From the NCBI RefSeq assembly GCF_009914755.1, contig NC_060928.1: DNA of 64,000 bases, one strand, 5' to 3'. Positions 1 to 13,379 of the stretch are shown piece after piece (within the stretch, counting starts at the first letter, position 1; each line of letters begins with the position of its first letter). Made by a program: the position numbers and the translations under genes. This DNA comes from the human T2T-CHM13v2.0 reference genome, Homo sapiens. Under the pieces are notes generated by a model, which ran no database searches, was not told the DNA's origin, and worked only from the letters and a program-made list of their open reading frames with translations.

Positions 1-269
1 AGCATTCTTCCCCTACTTCCTTCACCCTGTGACCACCACCTCAAATAGGCTTGTGTCCCACTTCCTGCCATAACACGTTCTATAGGAGACTGCGTGGTAC
101 TTGCAACTTCTTGGCAATTTGGTGTGAAAAGCACAATTTTCACATCTACTTGATCTAAGATGGAGACCCAGACAATGTCCATGGAGTTGGCCTGAGGACC
201 AATGACAAGGACCATGTTTCCAAAGCCTCCATAACATTTAATCCCTGCAACACTTCAGAAGGCTCCTTC

Positions 270-405
270 TGTTATTATCTTCATCTATAGAAGGGGAAAT
301 GAGGTTGAGTGAAGTAAAGAAACTTGCCCAAGATCACAGTGACAGAGCTGGAATTTACTCCAATGTCAGTGTGATCCTTTGAAACCTGTCTTTAACCACC
401 ATGTG
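270..405 (-). mobile_element. MIR SINE fragment
   Basis: Degenerate MIR core (ttattatcttcatctatagaaggggaaatgagg...acttgcccaagatcacag) in reverse orientation. Confidence 0.65.
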
Positions 406-494
406 AATAAAATCATCTCTTTTATTCTTTTTACATTCCCTGTTCCATATTAGCAAGAGTTAAGTAGCCAGTACAGCAAGCTCCAATGTTATAG

Positions 495-930
<436 letters not shown>

Positions 931-1775
931 TGCATTTATTTACTTATGTATAGTTTACAAATATTCTTCTTTCTCATCTCATTTATAATTAACTAATAAC
1001 CTTGGAATTATTAAGAGATTGTTGTTTTTAACCTATTTAGCTGTGAGAAAGGCTCACAGAGGTTGTTTCTTGCTACTTAAAGGTTGTTCCCTTATTTACC
1101 CAGCTACTTGGGACAATCCAGAACTTGATCTCAAGTACTGGGGCTGCCAGCCTCACCTTCTTGCCTGTGCTAGAGGCAGTTACCCAAGGTTCAGAATTCC
1201 TGAATGAGTCCTGAATCAGAGACAAGTAGATACCTCATGCATGCACCATTGTCCTTCCTTTTCAGGTTTGGAGTGTGGTTTCTTTTAGATTATTGAGGTC
1301 TTTCTTCCTTTGACATGACAATTGTGTTTCTGTCCTGAAAACCTGGTGTGCTGCTGTCATCCTGGGGCAGCACTGAATACAAAGTTCCCCAGAGGGCAAA
1401 CGCTATATGAGGTCCCATCAAAATTCCACTAGGAAGGATGCAAACTAATGCAGTCAAATCTTAGAAGCATTGTGTTTGGTATATTGCTATAAAGGATTGA
1501 AACAACATTAAACTTAGTGCTAGTTACTTATATTTGAAGGTTAGAACATTGGGTCCAAATTTCAATCAGAAGTTTCCACAAGTGAAGTATTCAGCCACTC
1601 ACTTTTTATGGTTCTGTTATGACACAAACTACTTGAGTTTTGAAAAACAAAATATTTTAGCCACCATTTTATTGACAGCTTCATTAAATTGTCAACAATT
1701 ATATGAAAAATTATTTAGCAAAAGCAAACAAATGCGATCCCTTGTTAAGATAACTACAAGAATTTAATTTTTTTT

Positions 1776-2325
1776 AAATGAAAACAAGTTTATTAAGAAA
1801 GTAAAGCAATAAAGAGTGGCTATTCCATAGGCAAAGCAGCAGCCTGAGCTGCTGGTTGGCCATTTTTATGGTTATTTCTTGATTATATGCTAAACAAGGG
1901 GTGGACTATTCATGAGTTTTCTAGGAAAGGGGTGGGCAATTTCCTAGAACTGAGGGTTCCTCTCTTTTTTAGACCATACAGGGTAACTTCCTGATGTTGC
2001 CATGACACTTGTAAACTGTCATGGGGCTGGTAAGAGTGTCTTTTAGCATGCTAATATATTATAATTAGTGTATAATGACGAGTGAGAACGACAGAGGTCA
2101 CTCTCGTCTCCATCTTGGCTTTGGTGGGTTTTAGCTGGCTTCTTTACTGTAACCTGTTTTATCAGCAAGGTCTTTATGACCTGTATCTTGTGCCAATCTC
2201 CTATCTCATCCTGTGACTTCGAATGCCTAACCTACTGGGAATGCAGCCCAGCCCAGTAAACCTCAGCCCCATTTTGCCTAGCCCCTATTCAAGATGGAGT
2301 TGCTCTGGTTAAAACGTCTCTGCCA
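1776..2325 (-). mobile_element. MER41B-like ERV1 LTR, 3'-truncated
   Basis: Minus strand begins tggcagagacgttttaaccagagcaactccatcttgaataggggc, the MER41 5' end as I recall it. It continues through caagatacaggtcataaagaccttgctgataaaacagg and the tandem GAS region to cttaataaacttg. Confidence 0.85.
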
Positions 2326-2653
2326 TATTTCCCCCCTCCATATTTTTAAGGAGGTAAATTTGAGTAGCAAGGTAGTAAGGAACTTCTTGTAAAAATGGCA
2401 ATATGTATCAGTGATTCTCCCATCAGGGGCAAGACCATAGTTTGGTAAGGCACATTCTTTACTAGGTGAGAGCCAAGGGGAGTGACAGCAATCACCACAT
2501 GAAATTAGGCATAATTCATAGTTTATCTGTATAGCAGATTGAAAACCCAGAAAAAAATTGAGAAATAAATATTGATGTAAATCATCAGATTTTTCAGCAA
2601 ATATAGTCCTTGTTTCCCCCAAAATAAAACAAACATTTTATATTTTTAAATAT

Positions 2654-2659
2654 TTTATT
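2654..2659 (-). terminator. CXCL2: CXCL2 polyadenylation signal AATAAA
   Basis: Plus-strand TTTATT ~700 nt past the stop codon, followed on the minus strand by a GT/T-rich downstream element. Confidence 0.75.
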
Positions 2660-3187
2660 TTCCTGTTCTTTGTGAAAACATCAATAAATATCGAAACCTC
2701 TCTGCTCTAACACAGAGGGAAACACTGCATAATTAACATTAAACAAGGCAGTATGCCTTACAAGAAAGACATAAAATGTCCAAGGGATATTTAGAACATT
2801 TTAGTTCTTAAAGCTTCAACATGAGAAATGTTGACCACACACTGTGAAATCATTTCAATAAATAACAACTGACATTCATCTTTACAGTTACAAAATAGAC
2901 ACACATACATTTCCCTGCCGTCACATTGATCTCACTGGCCATTTTCTTGGATTCCTCAGCCTCTATCACAGTGGCTGACATGTGATATGTCATCACGAAG
3001 AAATATTAACAAATGACTAGAGAATATCTGCAAACCTTCTATCTTCAAATTAAATATGAATCAGGATTGAACTAACTTGGGTTTGACCTAAAATAAACAA
3101 TAAATATAATGGGAGAGTGTGCAAGTAGATTCAATCATAACCTTATTTTACACATAAAATATTAACATAGAATCTTCTAAAACAAAC

Positions 3188-3212
3188 AAATAAATAAATA
3201 AATAAATAAATA
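3188..3212 (-). promoter_or_regulatory. CXCL2: AU-rich element (class II ARE) in CXCL2 3'UTR
   Basis: Five overlapping ATTTA pentamers on the minus strand (plus (TAAA)5T, 3191-3211). Confidence 0.9.
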
Positions 3213-3356
3213 GAAGACTTCTCCTAAGTGATGCTCAAACACATTAGGCGCAATCCAGGTGGCCTCTGCAGCTGTGTCTCTCTTTCCTCTTCTGTTCCTG
3301 TAAGGGCAGGGCCTCCTTCAGGAACAGCCACCAATAAGCTTCCTCCTTCCTTCTGG

Positions 3357-3372
3357 TCAGTTGGATTTGCCA
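3357..3372 (-). CDS. CXCL2: CXCL2 exon 4 coding part (N-GKSN-stop)
   Basis: Acceptor cattacag|T GGC AAA TCC AAC TGA. Completes a 324-nt CDS (100+124+84+16). Confidence 0.97.
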
Positions 3373-4201
3373 CTGTAATGAGAAAATGGGTGCCCTGAGT
3401 AGGTGCTCAGGAAAGCTGACTGCACAACAGTCTTCTCCTGTCCTGTTTCCCCAGGCTCTAGAGTTTTCTGAATGCAGTTTCCCCAGCCTGGCACCCAAGT
3501 GGGTACTGCCTGTGACAGCTGTGCTGTGTGGCAAGGACCTCTAGGCTTGGGATGCTCTTTTAGGAATGGGGGTGACGTGGGGTGGAGGAGTGGCAGTCTA
3601 CACTGTTTTACTGGCTAAAACAGCCAGAGCCTATTGCTCTTTGTCATACTGGGCCTCACTTGAGCCTCAAAGCAACCTCATGATGTAGCTACCATTATTT
3701 TCCCTGTTTTGCTGAGTCTCAGATAAACTAAATAATATTGTCTCTGAGTGACATGGCTAATAGGTGGTGGCAACCAGTTATATACCCAGTGCAATATTAT
3801 TGTGAAATCTCTGCACTTCAACCCTAAACTTTTACAAAAAACCAGGGGGTCTGCTTTTCAGGTCTGAAAGTCAGTAGGAACTAGGGGAAATGAAGCTTGT
3901 GTTTTTTAACAGGTGGAAAACACTTCAGCACAACTGGCAAACTCCAATGAGACCTTACATGAAAGCAGTTTTACCTACATTCACTGGCAGGAGGGAAGAA
4001 CCTGGGTGGTGACCCTGGGCACTGGGAATATCCTCTGGCACCAGAACAGATTAATAACCTTAATGGCAACTTTGTGAAAATAATAATTTTTTCAGTCCTG
4101 CAGCTAACCCTGGGTTTTCCTGATTTACTTTTTAGGGGGCAGACGCCAGTATTTCTGACCAACAGCTCCAGTCGCCTGTGTACATGGAAATTATAACTTA
4201 C

Positions 4202-4285
4202 TTTTTCAGCATCTTTTCGATGATTTTCTTAACCATGGGCGATGCGGGGTTGAGACAAGCTTTCTGCCCATTCTTGAGTGTGGCT
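4202..4285 (-). CDS. CXCL2: CXCL2 exon 3 ([27 protein letters not shown])
   Basis: ctgcag acceptor and GTAAGT donor; 84 nt; contains the 4th chemokine Cys. Confidence 0.97.
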
Positions 4286-4399
4286 CTGCAGAGAGAAGGG
4301 AATCTCGTGAGACAGGAGGTCGGGCTGAGGACAGGGTTTGGGGCAGCGGGAGAGTCGGGGACCCCAGCAGTGGCAGCGGCAGCGATGGGCGAGACTTAC

Positions 4400-4523
4400 A
4401 TGACTTCGGTTTGGGCGCAGTGGGGTCCGGGGGACTTCACCTTCACACTTTGGATGTTCTTGAGGTGAATTCCCTGCAGGGTCTGCAAGCACTGGCAGCG
4501 CAGTTCAGTGGCCAGGGGCGCTC
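4400..4523 (-). CDS. CXCL2: CXCL2 exon 2 ([40 protein letters not shown])
   Basis: ELR-CXC motif; ccctag acceptor and GTAAGT donor; 124 nt. APLAT and [11 protein letters not shown] distinguish CXCL2 from CXCL1 and CXCL3. Confidence 0.97.
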
Positions 4524-4621
4524 CTAGGGAAGAAGAGACTCGCTGATTGAGCGGGGCTGTCGGCGCGGGGCGCCCACCCCAGCCGCGTCCGGCCCGGGGA
4601 CCCCAGGGCGCCGGGACCCAC

Positions 4622-4721
4622 CTGCTGCGCGCCGGCTGGCGGCCACCAGGAGCAGGAGCAGCAGCGCCACCCGCAGGAGCCGGGGATTGCTGGGGGCGGC
4701 GGAGAGCGTGGCGCGGGCCAT
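4622..4721 (-). CDS. CXCL2: CXCL2 exon 1 coding part, signal peptide ([34 protein letters not shown])
   Basis: ATG at 4721, hydrophobic leader, GTGGGT donor at 4621. Confidence 0.97.
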
Positions 4722-4795
4722 GGGGCTCAGCAGGCGGTTCGAGCGGCTGTGCGAGGAGGAGAGCTGGCAAGGAGCTGCCTGTGGCCCGGGCTCTG

Positions 4796-4965
4796 TGGCT
4801 CTCCGAGAACGGCGAACCCCTTTTATGCATGGTTGGGGCTGGAAAGCCCGGAGTCCCGGGCCAGGGAAATTCCCGGAGCTCCAGATCGATCCCGAGTTCG
4901 GAAGGAAGGCGATGGCCCCGCCTCTGGGGTGGAGGGGGGTCGGGGCACTCACGAGTGACGTCCGG
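4796..4965 (-). promoter_or_regulatory. CXCL2: CXCL2 proximal promoter: TATA-like box, NF-kB site, IUR element, GC box, CRE-like site
   Basis: CATAAAA (4821-4827); GGGAATTTCC (4865-4874); second kB-like GGGCTTTCC (4841-4849); GGGATCGATC (4884-4893, the GRO immediate-upstream element); GGCGGGG (~4916-4922); TGACGT (4956-4961). TSS inferred near 4796. Confidence 0.88.
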
Positions 4966-5382
4966 GTCTGACTGTCTTGCGTAACTCCCGCCAACTGTGG
5001 GATGTTCTCTTTCTGCCCCGAATCCCTGGAGCGGGAGCGAGAGCCCGCCGCTCTCAGAGATACCGAGATAACCGCCTGCGAGGAGGCGCTTCGTGAACCC
5101 AGTGCAGTGCGTCGTGGGTCAGATCCCTTAGACCCACGTAGGGACCGCGCTACATCCTTACCGGGGGGAGTTACTTCTCTGGAAGACATTTCAGTTGTTG
5201 GGATTGAAAGTTAGGGCAAGAACTGCAGCATGTCTTATCTATCCTCTCTCTTTAGTTTGGGTTCTGCAAATTTCATTAATGTTTGAAATAAACGCACGCT
5301 TTAACAGTACATGTGTCATCTCAGATGACGCATAAGAGCTTTTGTCTCCTTCCTGGTGTTTTATGATCTTAAAAGCAAATAT

Positions 5383-5385
<3 letters not shown>

Positions 5386-5433
<48 letters not shown>
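5386..5433. repeat. (GT)24/(AC)24 microsatellite
   Basis: 48 nt of uninterrupted GT repeat, starting 665 bp upstream of the CXCL2 ATG. Confidence 0.98.
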
Positions 5434-5435
<2 letters not shown>

Positions 5436-6179
5436 CAACGTAGTGGAGCCAGGTGTTGGGTGCGGGAACAGACCATTGCCAAGGGTCAATTCAGTGTTTA
5501 TTTTAGTTAACAGTGTTGCAATCCCCCATCCTTTCTCTCTTTGAAATCTTGGAACATCTCGAACTCTAGTAATTCCAGTAGCATCAATTTTTTGTTGTAT
5601 GGAAGTCTGTGTTTTGATCCATGGAAGTCACTGGGAGCTGCGAGGGGCCTGTTGGGCTCAGGAGGTCTGCCTTTTCTAGTGCTGTCCCTGGGCAGAAAAG
5701 GCCATAGACACCACCAGAAAAGGAGCAGGGAATGAGACTCCGCTTGTTTACTACTCTAAGCACAAGCAGACATGTCTGATATATACATACTAGATTGCTA
5801 ACATAATTGCATTTCCATGCCATATGTATTTACCAGCATCCTGGGATTGGTTCCCTCTAGAGAAACAGCTATCGAGGAAATTTTAGTTCTAGAGGAATGT
5901 CAATAAAGCATTTCCAAGCCTGTTTAGCTGATGCCTTCTCACTGGATTACTGACTTTTCATCATCAATTTCAATGACCCCCTCTCTTTAAAAATTAAGCT
6001 GTAGGCCTACAATACTCTGTCTTAATTCTTCCTGGTGGATGCAGACTTCAGGGATATGGAGATATTCTGCCACTGCTATGAGAAGGGCTGGGAGTGGCAC
6101 GAGGATGAAGAAGTGGGACTACCTTAGGAATAGAGTGTTCCCTGGATGCTGCAGCTGTAGAGATCACTTGATAAGGATG

Positions 6180-6372
6180 TCAGGGCTGAAGTTTCAGCCA
6201 TACCACTAACTTGCTTCATGACCCTTGGTAATTTATGCTTTATTTGCTCATGTTTCTCCCCTGTAGAAGAGCTTATAATAGTGCCTGCCTCACGGGGTTG
6301 TTAGAAGTATTGATTGTTAATATGTGTAAACCATCAGTGCATGTAAAGTGTTATGTAAATATTTGTTAAATA
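6180..6372 (+). mobile_element. MIR SINE
   Basis: ccactaacttgcttcatgaccct...cctgtag...ataatagtgcctgcctcacggggttgtt...aatatgtgtaaa. Confidence 0.6.
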
Positions 6373-6403
6373 ACAAAATAGAAGTGGTGTTTCACAACCT
6401 TAC

Positions 6404-6785
6404 TGATATAGGCTGGATGTTTGTGTCTCTTTCAAATTCAGATGATGAAGCCCTGACTCCCTTATGTGCTAATATTAGAAGACAGGACCATGGGAAGTAA
6501 TTAGGTTTAGGTGAGGTTATGAAGGTATGGCCCCCATGATGGGATAAGTGCCATTACAGCAAGAGATCAGTGAGCTTTCGATCTCTGGCTCTCTCTCCCT
6601 TTCTGCATTGTGAGGACACAGCAAGAAGGCCACCATCTGCAAACTGAGAAGAGGGCCCTCACCAAGCATGAAATCTGCCAGGATCTTAATCTTGGACTCC
6701 CCAGCCTCCAGAACTGTGAAATAATTGTTGTTTAAGCCCCCTAGCCTATGGCATTCTGTTATAGCAGCTCAAACTGACTAAGACA
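6404..6785 (+). mobile_element. MaLR LTR, MLT1A-like
   Basis: tgatataggctggatgtttgtgt ... gactccccagcctccagaactgtga ... gactaagaca; TG...CA termini, ~380 bp. Confidence 0.85.
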
Positions 6786-8399
6786 CTTAACTAAACAGAA
6801 GCACTCTGATAAAGCCTTATGAACACACACACGCACAAAGAAAGAAATATTTTCAAAGAAACATCTTCTAATTTACCTTTAAAATTTTTCAGCATCAGAA
6901 ATTTTAAAGGAGGGTGCATTTCTATCCTTATGGGATCTTACAATAATTTTTTGATCCATTGTTTGTTTGAAATTTTAGTTTCAATCACTTTCCACATAAA
7001 ATGAGAATAAGAGTAAAATTCTACCCTATCCATTTATTAGAAAAGATTTATGAAATGACTCTGCCTTGGGCATTAACAGCTAGCTGCCCAAACTTCTTTA
7101 TTTTGTGCTAAAGAACTAAAGAACAATAGAAAACATCAGCTTATAATGATTGCCAGACTCATCCCAAAGTATTGATGTGAGTAAATAGAAAGAGTAAAAT
7201 TTCTATTATCTACAGTAACAGTCCCTCAAAAAGATGAGAAATTTCAAGAATCAGCCCATCATTTGTAAAATTATGTACGTTATTCCTAGAATTTGTTTAC
7301 TAAAAATTATTTGCTTTAGGAAGGGAAGTAGAATTCCTTTTTCTTTTCTTAATATACCACTTTCCATGATTTAACTTATGACAGCCCCAGACCAAGCTTC
7401 TGAAGTTTTTAAGGGTACCAGTGTTATGAAACTTACCATAATAAATTCCTTCTTGTCTTAATATGAGTTGAGTGCCACTGTTACAGGCACAAGTTGTAAA
7501 CCCATGCAATTACTAACTCAAAGATGCTATCTCTAAAATGGAAGTACAGTTTCCTAAATTCCATTCTCCCCTTTAATTTTTATTGTATTTTTCAGATTTG
7601 ACTAGTACAATCTAATATACCTGCAAAATGTAGGCTTGCTGCTCCATGCCGACCACTGACATTCTTGTTACTTGGGCAGCAAAATGAGTGGTGTGGCTCT
7701 GCTTTACCGTGAATTGCCTTGAAGACTTTGCTGATATAACCTCCAACATATAGCTTGCTCCTCTAGAGGAACAGACTAGAAAATAAATAAAGAAGTACAA
7801 CTGATTTTAGAGATAGATCTGATGGAGGTTGAGATATGGGGCTCTGGAATTACAGAATAGAAGACAGATAACATGGTTCATGATAAGACTTGTTAGTCCT
7901 CACACTGTTTATGCTTAGTGACTCCTTTGCTTTCAGGTTTTGCTGCCACGCATACAAAGTGGACAGTGGTACAACCCCTTTGTTGTGTCTGACTGCATGA
8001 AGAAATACATAATTGACTTAGTTACATACTATGTGTATTTCTTGTTATTTTTTTCACTAAAGAATTAAGGCAGTCTCTCAATGACCAGAGCCTAGGAATA
8101 CTTCCTAGTATTATAAACATTGCAATTGACATGTTCTGTGGGGCTTTTGTGATTTTTTGAAAACTGTGGTTTATATTCATTGTGCTAAAGTTTTCCTTAC
8201 TGGCTCTGGCACCCCGGCTTTGGGTTGTGGTCCTGCGGAAGAAACATTCTTCCTTGTCTGTGGTTCTTTAGTGGATTGCTTGTTAGCTCAGGGATTGTGG
8301 CCACCACTCATCGAAACATGTGCTCTGGAGATAAAGCGCCAAAGGAAAAGAAGGGAAGTAATATTTATTTATTAGATTCCAATTCTTGATTAGATGCAG

Positions 8400-8560
8400 T
8401 GCCTGAGTTTTTCAGTGTACTGTCATTTTAATAATTTCAAGAATGCTGGGAGGCTGGTATCATGAGTCTTATTTTATAGGTAAGGAAACTGGAGTACAAG
8501 GTCTTAGAAGTGGAATTAAATTCAAACCCAAGACTGTCTGACTCAGAAGCTCATAGCCAG
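8400..8560 (-). mobile_element. MIR SINE fragment
   Basis: attttataggtaaggaaactggag...aattcaaacccaagactgtctgactc. Confidence 0.6.
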
Positions 8561-8869
8561 TCTTTCTCTAGACAAGAAAGGAAGTGACAGGAGAAGAAGA
8601 GGACATGTAAAAGAATCTTAATTAAGTCTATGGAGGATATTTTATTATTTTTCAACCCTACCAGAAAACAATGCATTTATTAAAATATTTAATACAGTTT
8701 TGATTAGGAACCAAACAGACATGTAGAAGTGATGACAACTAGTAGCCTCCAGAGTCCCAGCAGCCCAGAGAATCTCCTGCTTATTGTGCCGTCAGCCCCC
8801 AAATTCATTCCATGAAGTTCCCAGCAACTCCCAACACCATATCAGAATCTGATATTATGATTGAAGGCA

Positions 8870-9000
8870 GGCTGGGAGTGGTGTCTCACACCTGTAATTC
8901 CAGCACTCTGGGAAGCCAAGACAGTAGGATCACTTGAGGCCAGGAGTTCAAAACCAGCCTGAGCAAGATAGTGAGACCCTGTCTTTATGGAAAAAAAAAA
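8870..9000 (+). mobile_element. Free left Alu monomer (FLAM-like)
   Basis: Single Alu arm ending in poly-A, with target-site duplication attgaaggca on both sides. Confidence 0.85.
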
Positions 9001-9240
9001 ATTGAAGGCAGATGGTAGCGTAGGTAAAGGATCTAGCTAAGCATCTTACCTCTAGCAGCTCTTAAAGTATCTTAGAAGGCACTAATAAGAAGGTAGATAC
9101 CACTATAAACTGTTAAAGGTTGGTCTGTCATCAAGAGACTAGAGCAATATTTCAATATGTATAAACTACAAGTCATGATCCACTGGAGGGTCATAAAGTC
9201 AGTTTTGTGGGTTGTAACCAGTATTTAAAAATATAAAGGG

Positions 9241-9611
<371 letters not shown>

Positions 9612-12600
9612 TTAGTTTAACTGTTATTTTATGACACTTTTGTGTCTTATATAGATAGGTAACTGTGTAAAACTAAACATTTGATGCACAAGATGCAAAA
9701 ACAGAACTCCCAGGAGTGAAAATATCCCTTCAGAGACGTTATTATATTGATCAAGGCTGTGACTATATAATAAGTTCCCAGTTTGTAGACATTATCTCCT
9801 GAGAATTTCCAATCAGGAAAAAAAAGTTGAAGCATATTCCATTTTAATGTCATCACTCCCTAAAAGTTTGCACAACAGGGAGTTCCAGTAAATTGCTGAG
9901 CTTTTCCCAGCAGGAATGCCAGGTTCGGATGTTCCTGCTGATAAGGGTGGCCACTTGGCAGTGTTCTCAGCAGAGTTGAAAGATTAACATAGTACCAGTA
10001 TTGGTTCGCTTAGCAGAATTTGTTTCAGTCCCTTGGTCATTTGGGCCACACCGACGAATTATTATATCCAGCTATGAATGTTGCTTGTGGCAGGTACAAA
10101 AGGGAAATAAAGAAAATATTAAACCTTAATACTTTACCATTGTCACCCTACTTCCTGGTGTGTTAATTTTTCAAAAAAAATCAGTGGAAGTACCTGTTCA
10201 ATTTTAACATTCTTTGTTTATTTTTGCCAAAATCTTTGTCTTTTCTAAGTGTCTAACTCAACCTACCAAATTATCTATGACAGTACACAAATAACAATAT
10301 ACTAATATGAAAATTATAATTATGAATAATAACTAATAATAACAAAAATGCTCTTTTGTACTTTTTATATCTGGAAGAGGGCTGAGATTTTGCATGCATG
10401 TGCATATGTGTGTGCATGTGTGTGTGTGTGTATGTGTATAATATCTCCTTACATGTAGACACAAACTCAAGAGATAGATACTCAAAATATGCCCATTTTT
10501 CACATTATGAAACCAAGGTATCTGCCATACTAACAAAATTGGAACTCAAAATATGGGTGAAAGAGAAACTTTGAATGTTTATACGTATGTGAGTGACATG
10601 GTTGTATTTGTATTTTAGCAAAATAACTTTTGTGGCATTGAAGGTAAAATGCAGGGGAAATATTTAGGTTACCTGGGATCATTTTGATATTTTCCAAAAT
10701 TGTTTCTAAGATTTATTATTGTGGGTCCACAATACCCCTTAGTTTTGGATTAATTTGACCCACAGAAGGTATTGAGGCAATACCTTTCTGAAAACTCCAT
10801 ATTTGAGCCTGAAGCATGCTTTGACTTTTTCAAGACCAATATGAATTTTATATGCTAACAATGTAACCACATTCTTTGTTTCTATTATAGAATTTTATTG
10901 AATTTAATACATATATTATTAATTTATAATACATAAATTATTTGTTGGATACAAATTGAAAGTCTTTGGACTACAGAGGAGTTTCTGTAATAATATATTT
11001 ATCTGGGATGTAATCCTTTTCTGTTACATCTTTACTGTCATTTTTTTCTCTACTTTGCGTGCATATCCATGATAAAAATAGGTAGAAAATACAGTTTTGT
11101 GAGATAAAACATTGTTAGCTCTCTTGTATACCTGCAACAATTACACTTGGAACAAAACAATAACGGTGGCTATATTTTAAATTTTAAGGTCCCAACAGTC
11201 CCGTATAAAAGTCTAATCTCTACGGTCCTTAAACTCATTTCCTTTAAATCAGATTAAATTTGACTATATGCCTTCATTCCACCAAGGAGAAAACTATTCA
11301 ATCTCAGTCATTATTGTAGCTCCCAGACCACACTGAAAGTACAAAAGGTCCCAAGGGATTTATCCAAGCAAAATATTCAGGGCTGTCCATCTGTACTTTG
11401 ACTTATACTTGTTTTCCATAAAAGGACAAACATTGATATGGTCATTTTAAGTGCAGCACTGTCCAGCTCTTATCCATTCTGTAGCACAGAAATCTTTGCT
11501 AAGGTTGGTAATAACAGTGCTTGGTAATCTCTTAAGTACAAAGTACAGTCTTTCTTCCAGAGTCCTGCCACCTCCCTGGAAGGAGAGAGCAGCAAGGAGA
11601 AACAAAACTGTTAATTTTGGCAGTGTGTGAAACACTGTGATGGCCCCTTTTCCCTTCCCACTCCTCCCTCCCTGTGGCACACAGCCAGGAAGCAGATGAA
11701 GGATAGTTCGTGAGTTCAAAAAGAAGGGGAGATTTGAGAGTGGTAAGAAAAATAAAATAATGAATGATTCTCAAGAGAGGGAAAAGAGAGGCACATCCAA
11801 GGGATTTGAGGTTACTTAGCTAACTTTGAAAGTTTTGCCAACTGGTAGTCCAAGATTCAGGAATGAGGATTTTGAAATGAGAAATAAAGTTAAAGTAGCT
11901 GAAAAGGTGGAATGGAGACTAGGAGCTACTTCTGTGCTCCAGTGCCCTTCTGGTTCTATATTTTCTTCTTGCCTTATTCAGATGTTTGCCAAACTAACAT
12001 TCAGGCCATGTAGGACATTGACTACACTGTCTCTCCTCTTCCTCAGTGCAGTTCTAAGGCTACACATATACTCAACCACTGGACTTATTTATTAAACAGC
12101 AACCATATTTCCAGGATTGAGGGAGCCACTGAGATCCAGAAATCAAAGTGTCTATTCCTTCCCTCACAAGAGCCACACTCTGGTTGAGCAGACAGGGATG
12201 TCAACAGGTGGTAATAACCCAGTGTTTATGCTAGGCATTGTGTATGATTACATATGTAAGGAACTGGGGATAAAAAGAAGGGCAAAATACTGAATTTGTC
12301 CTTAAAGTGCTTAAATTCTAAAATGTAGAATAAACAATTTTTTTAAAAAAATGTATTATGTTATGGTCAGTTCCATATGGGGTCCATTACTGCTCTTAGA
12401 CTCAGGAAAGAAGGTCCCCCTGTCCTGAGCCTAAGCTTCAGAAGATCTCACTAGCACAACCTTGCAAAAAAACCACAAATGTATTAGAGAACCCCGGGGG
12501 GCACTTCTGCCACCTGAGGAACCAGAGCCTAGAGTGGGCGCCAAATGACCCTTAACCTCCTAAACTTCCTTAACACTAGATACTTACTTTCTTGATTAAC

Positions 12601-13379
12601 GAAGTTCAAGCCCAAGGCTGAGATCCCAGAGGGACACAGTGGGGAGCCTAAAGAATAATGATCATGGTGGTTGAGCTCCCTTCTGTTCTCTTTGGCTCTG
12701 GAATGACTATGAGGAGCTCAAAGCATATTTACAAACCAAAATTTTCACAGGGAACTTGGCCGAAGAAGCTTGGAAAAAGTCAAGAGGACCATGTATCCTT
12801 ACTGCCGACTATTTCCACATTTTCCACATCTTTTTCTGAGATCAGTTAATAAGCATAACCCTAAGGAATCAGTCCACCAGATGCTTTTTAATTTATTCTG
12901 AAAGCTCAGTGTCTAGGTAACTTACCACAGCTGACATATTACAATGTGTGAATATAGCATCAAATGTATGCTTTGTTTCTGCATCCAAGTAGTGCTTTAG
13001 GAATCTTATTGTCATTGCATTAGAAGAGTAAAATGTCTCCAAATTTAAATTAATTATAAATAAATGTAAGAAATGATTGAAGCATCATCTAAAATGGCAC
13101 TATTGTCTATAGAACAAAAATTATGTGACCATTTCAATTATAAAAATGTAATTACTAATTTTGCTGAAGTGAAGAAAAATAAATTTTATATAATAAATAT
13201 AGAATAATAGAATAAATCTTAAATTATGCATGATTTTATTTTGTATGCATCCAGACATTGCCTACACAATAACAGAATACCCAGATATGGAATTACAAAT
13301 TCACTTTTCTCTGATATTTTGCTGATTCTCATCATACAAATTCCATAACTTTATATATTTTTAAAATGTTATTAATATA

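Noticed and set aside
4178-5214. Multiple long overlapping ORFs (up to 221 aa) around CXCL2
   Set aside because: Artefacts of a GC-rich, stop-poor CpG island; the real CDS is the spliced 107-aa chemokine.
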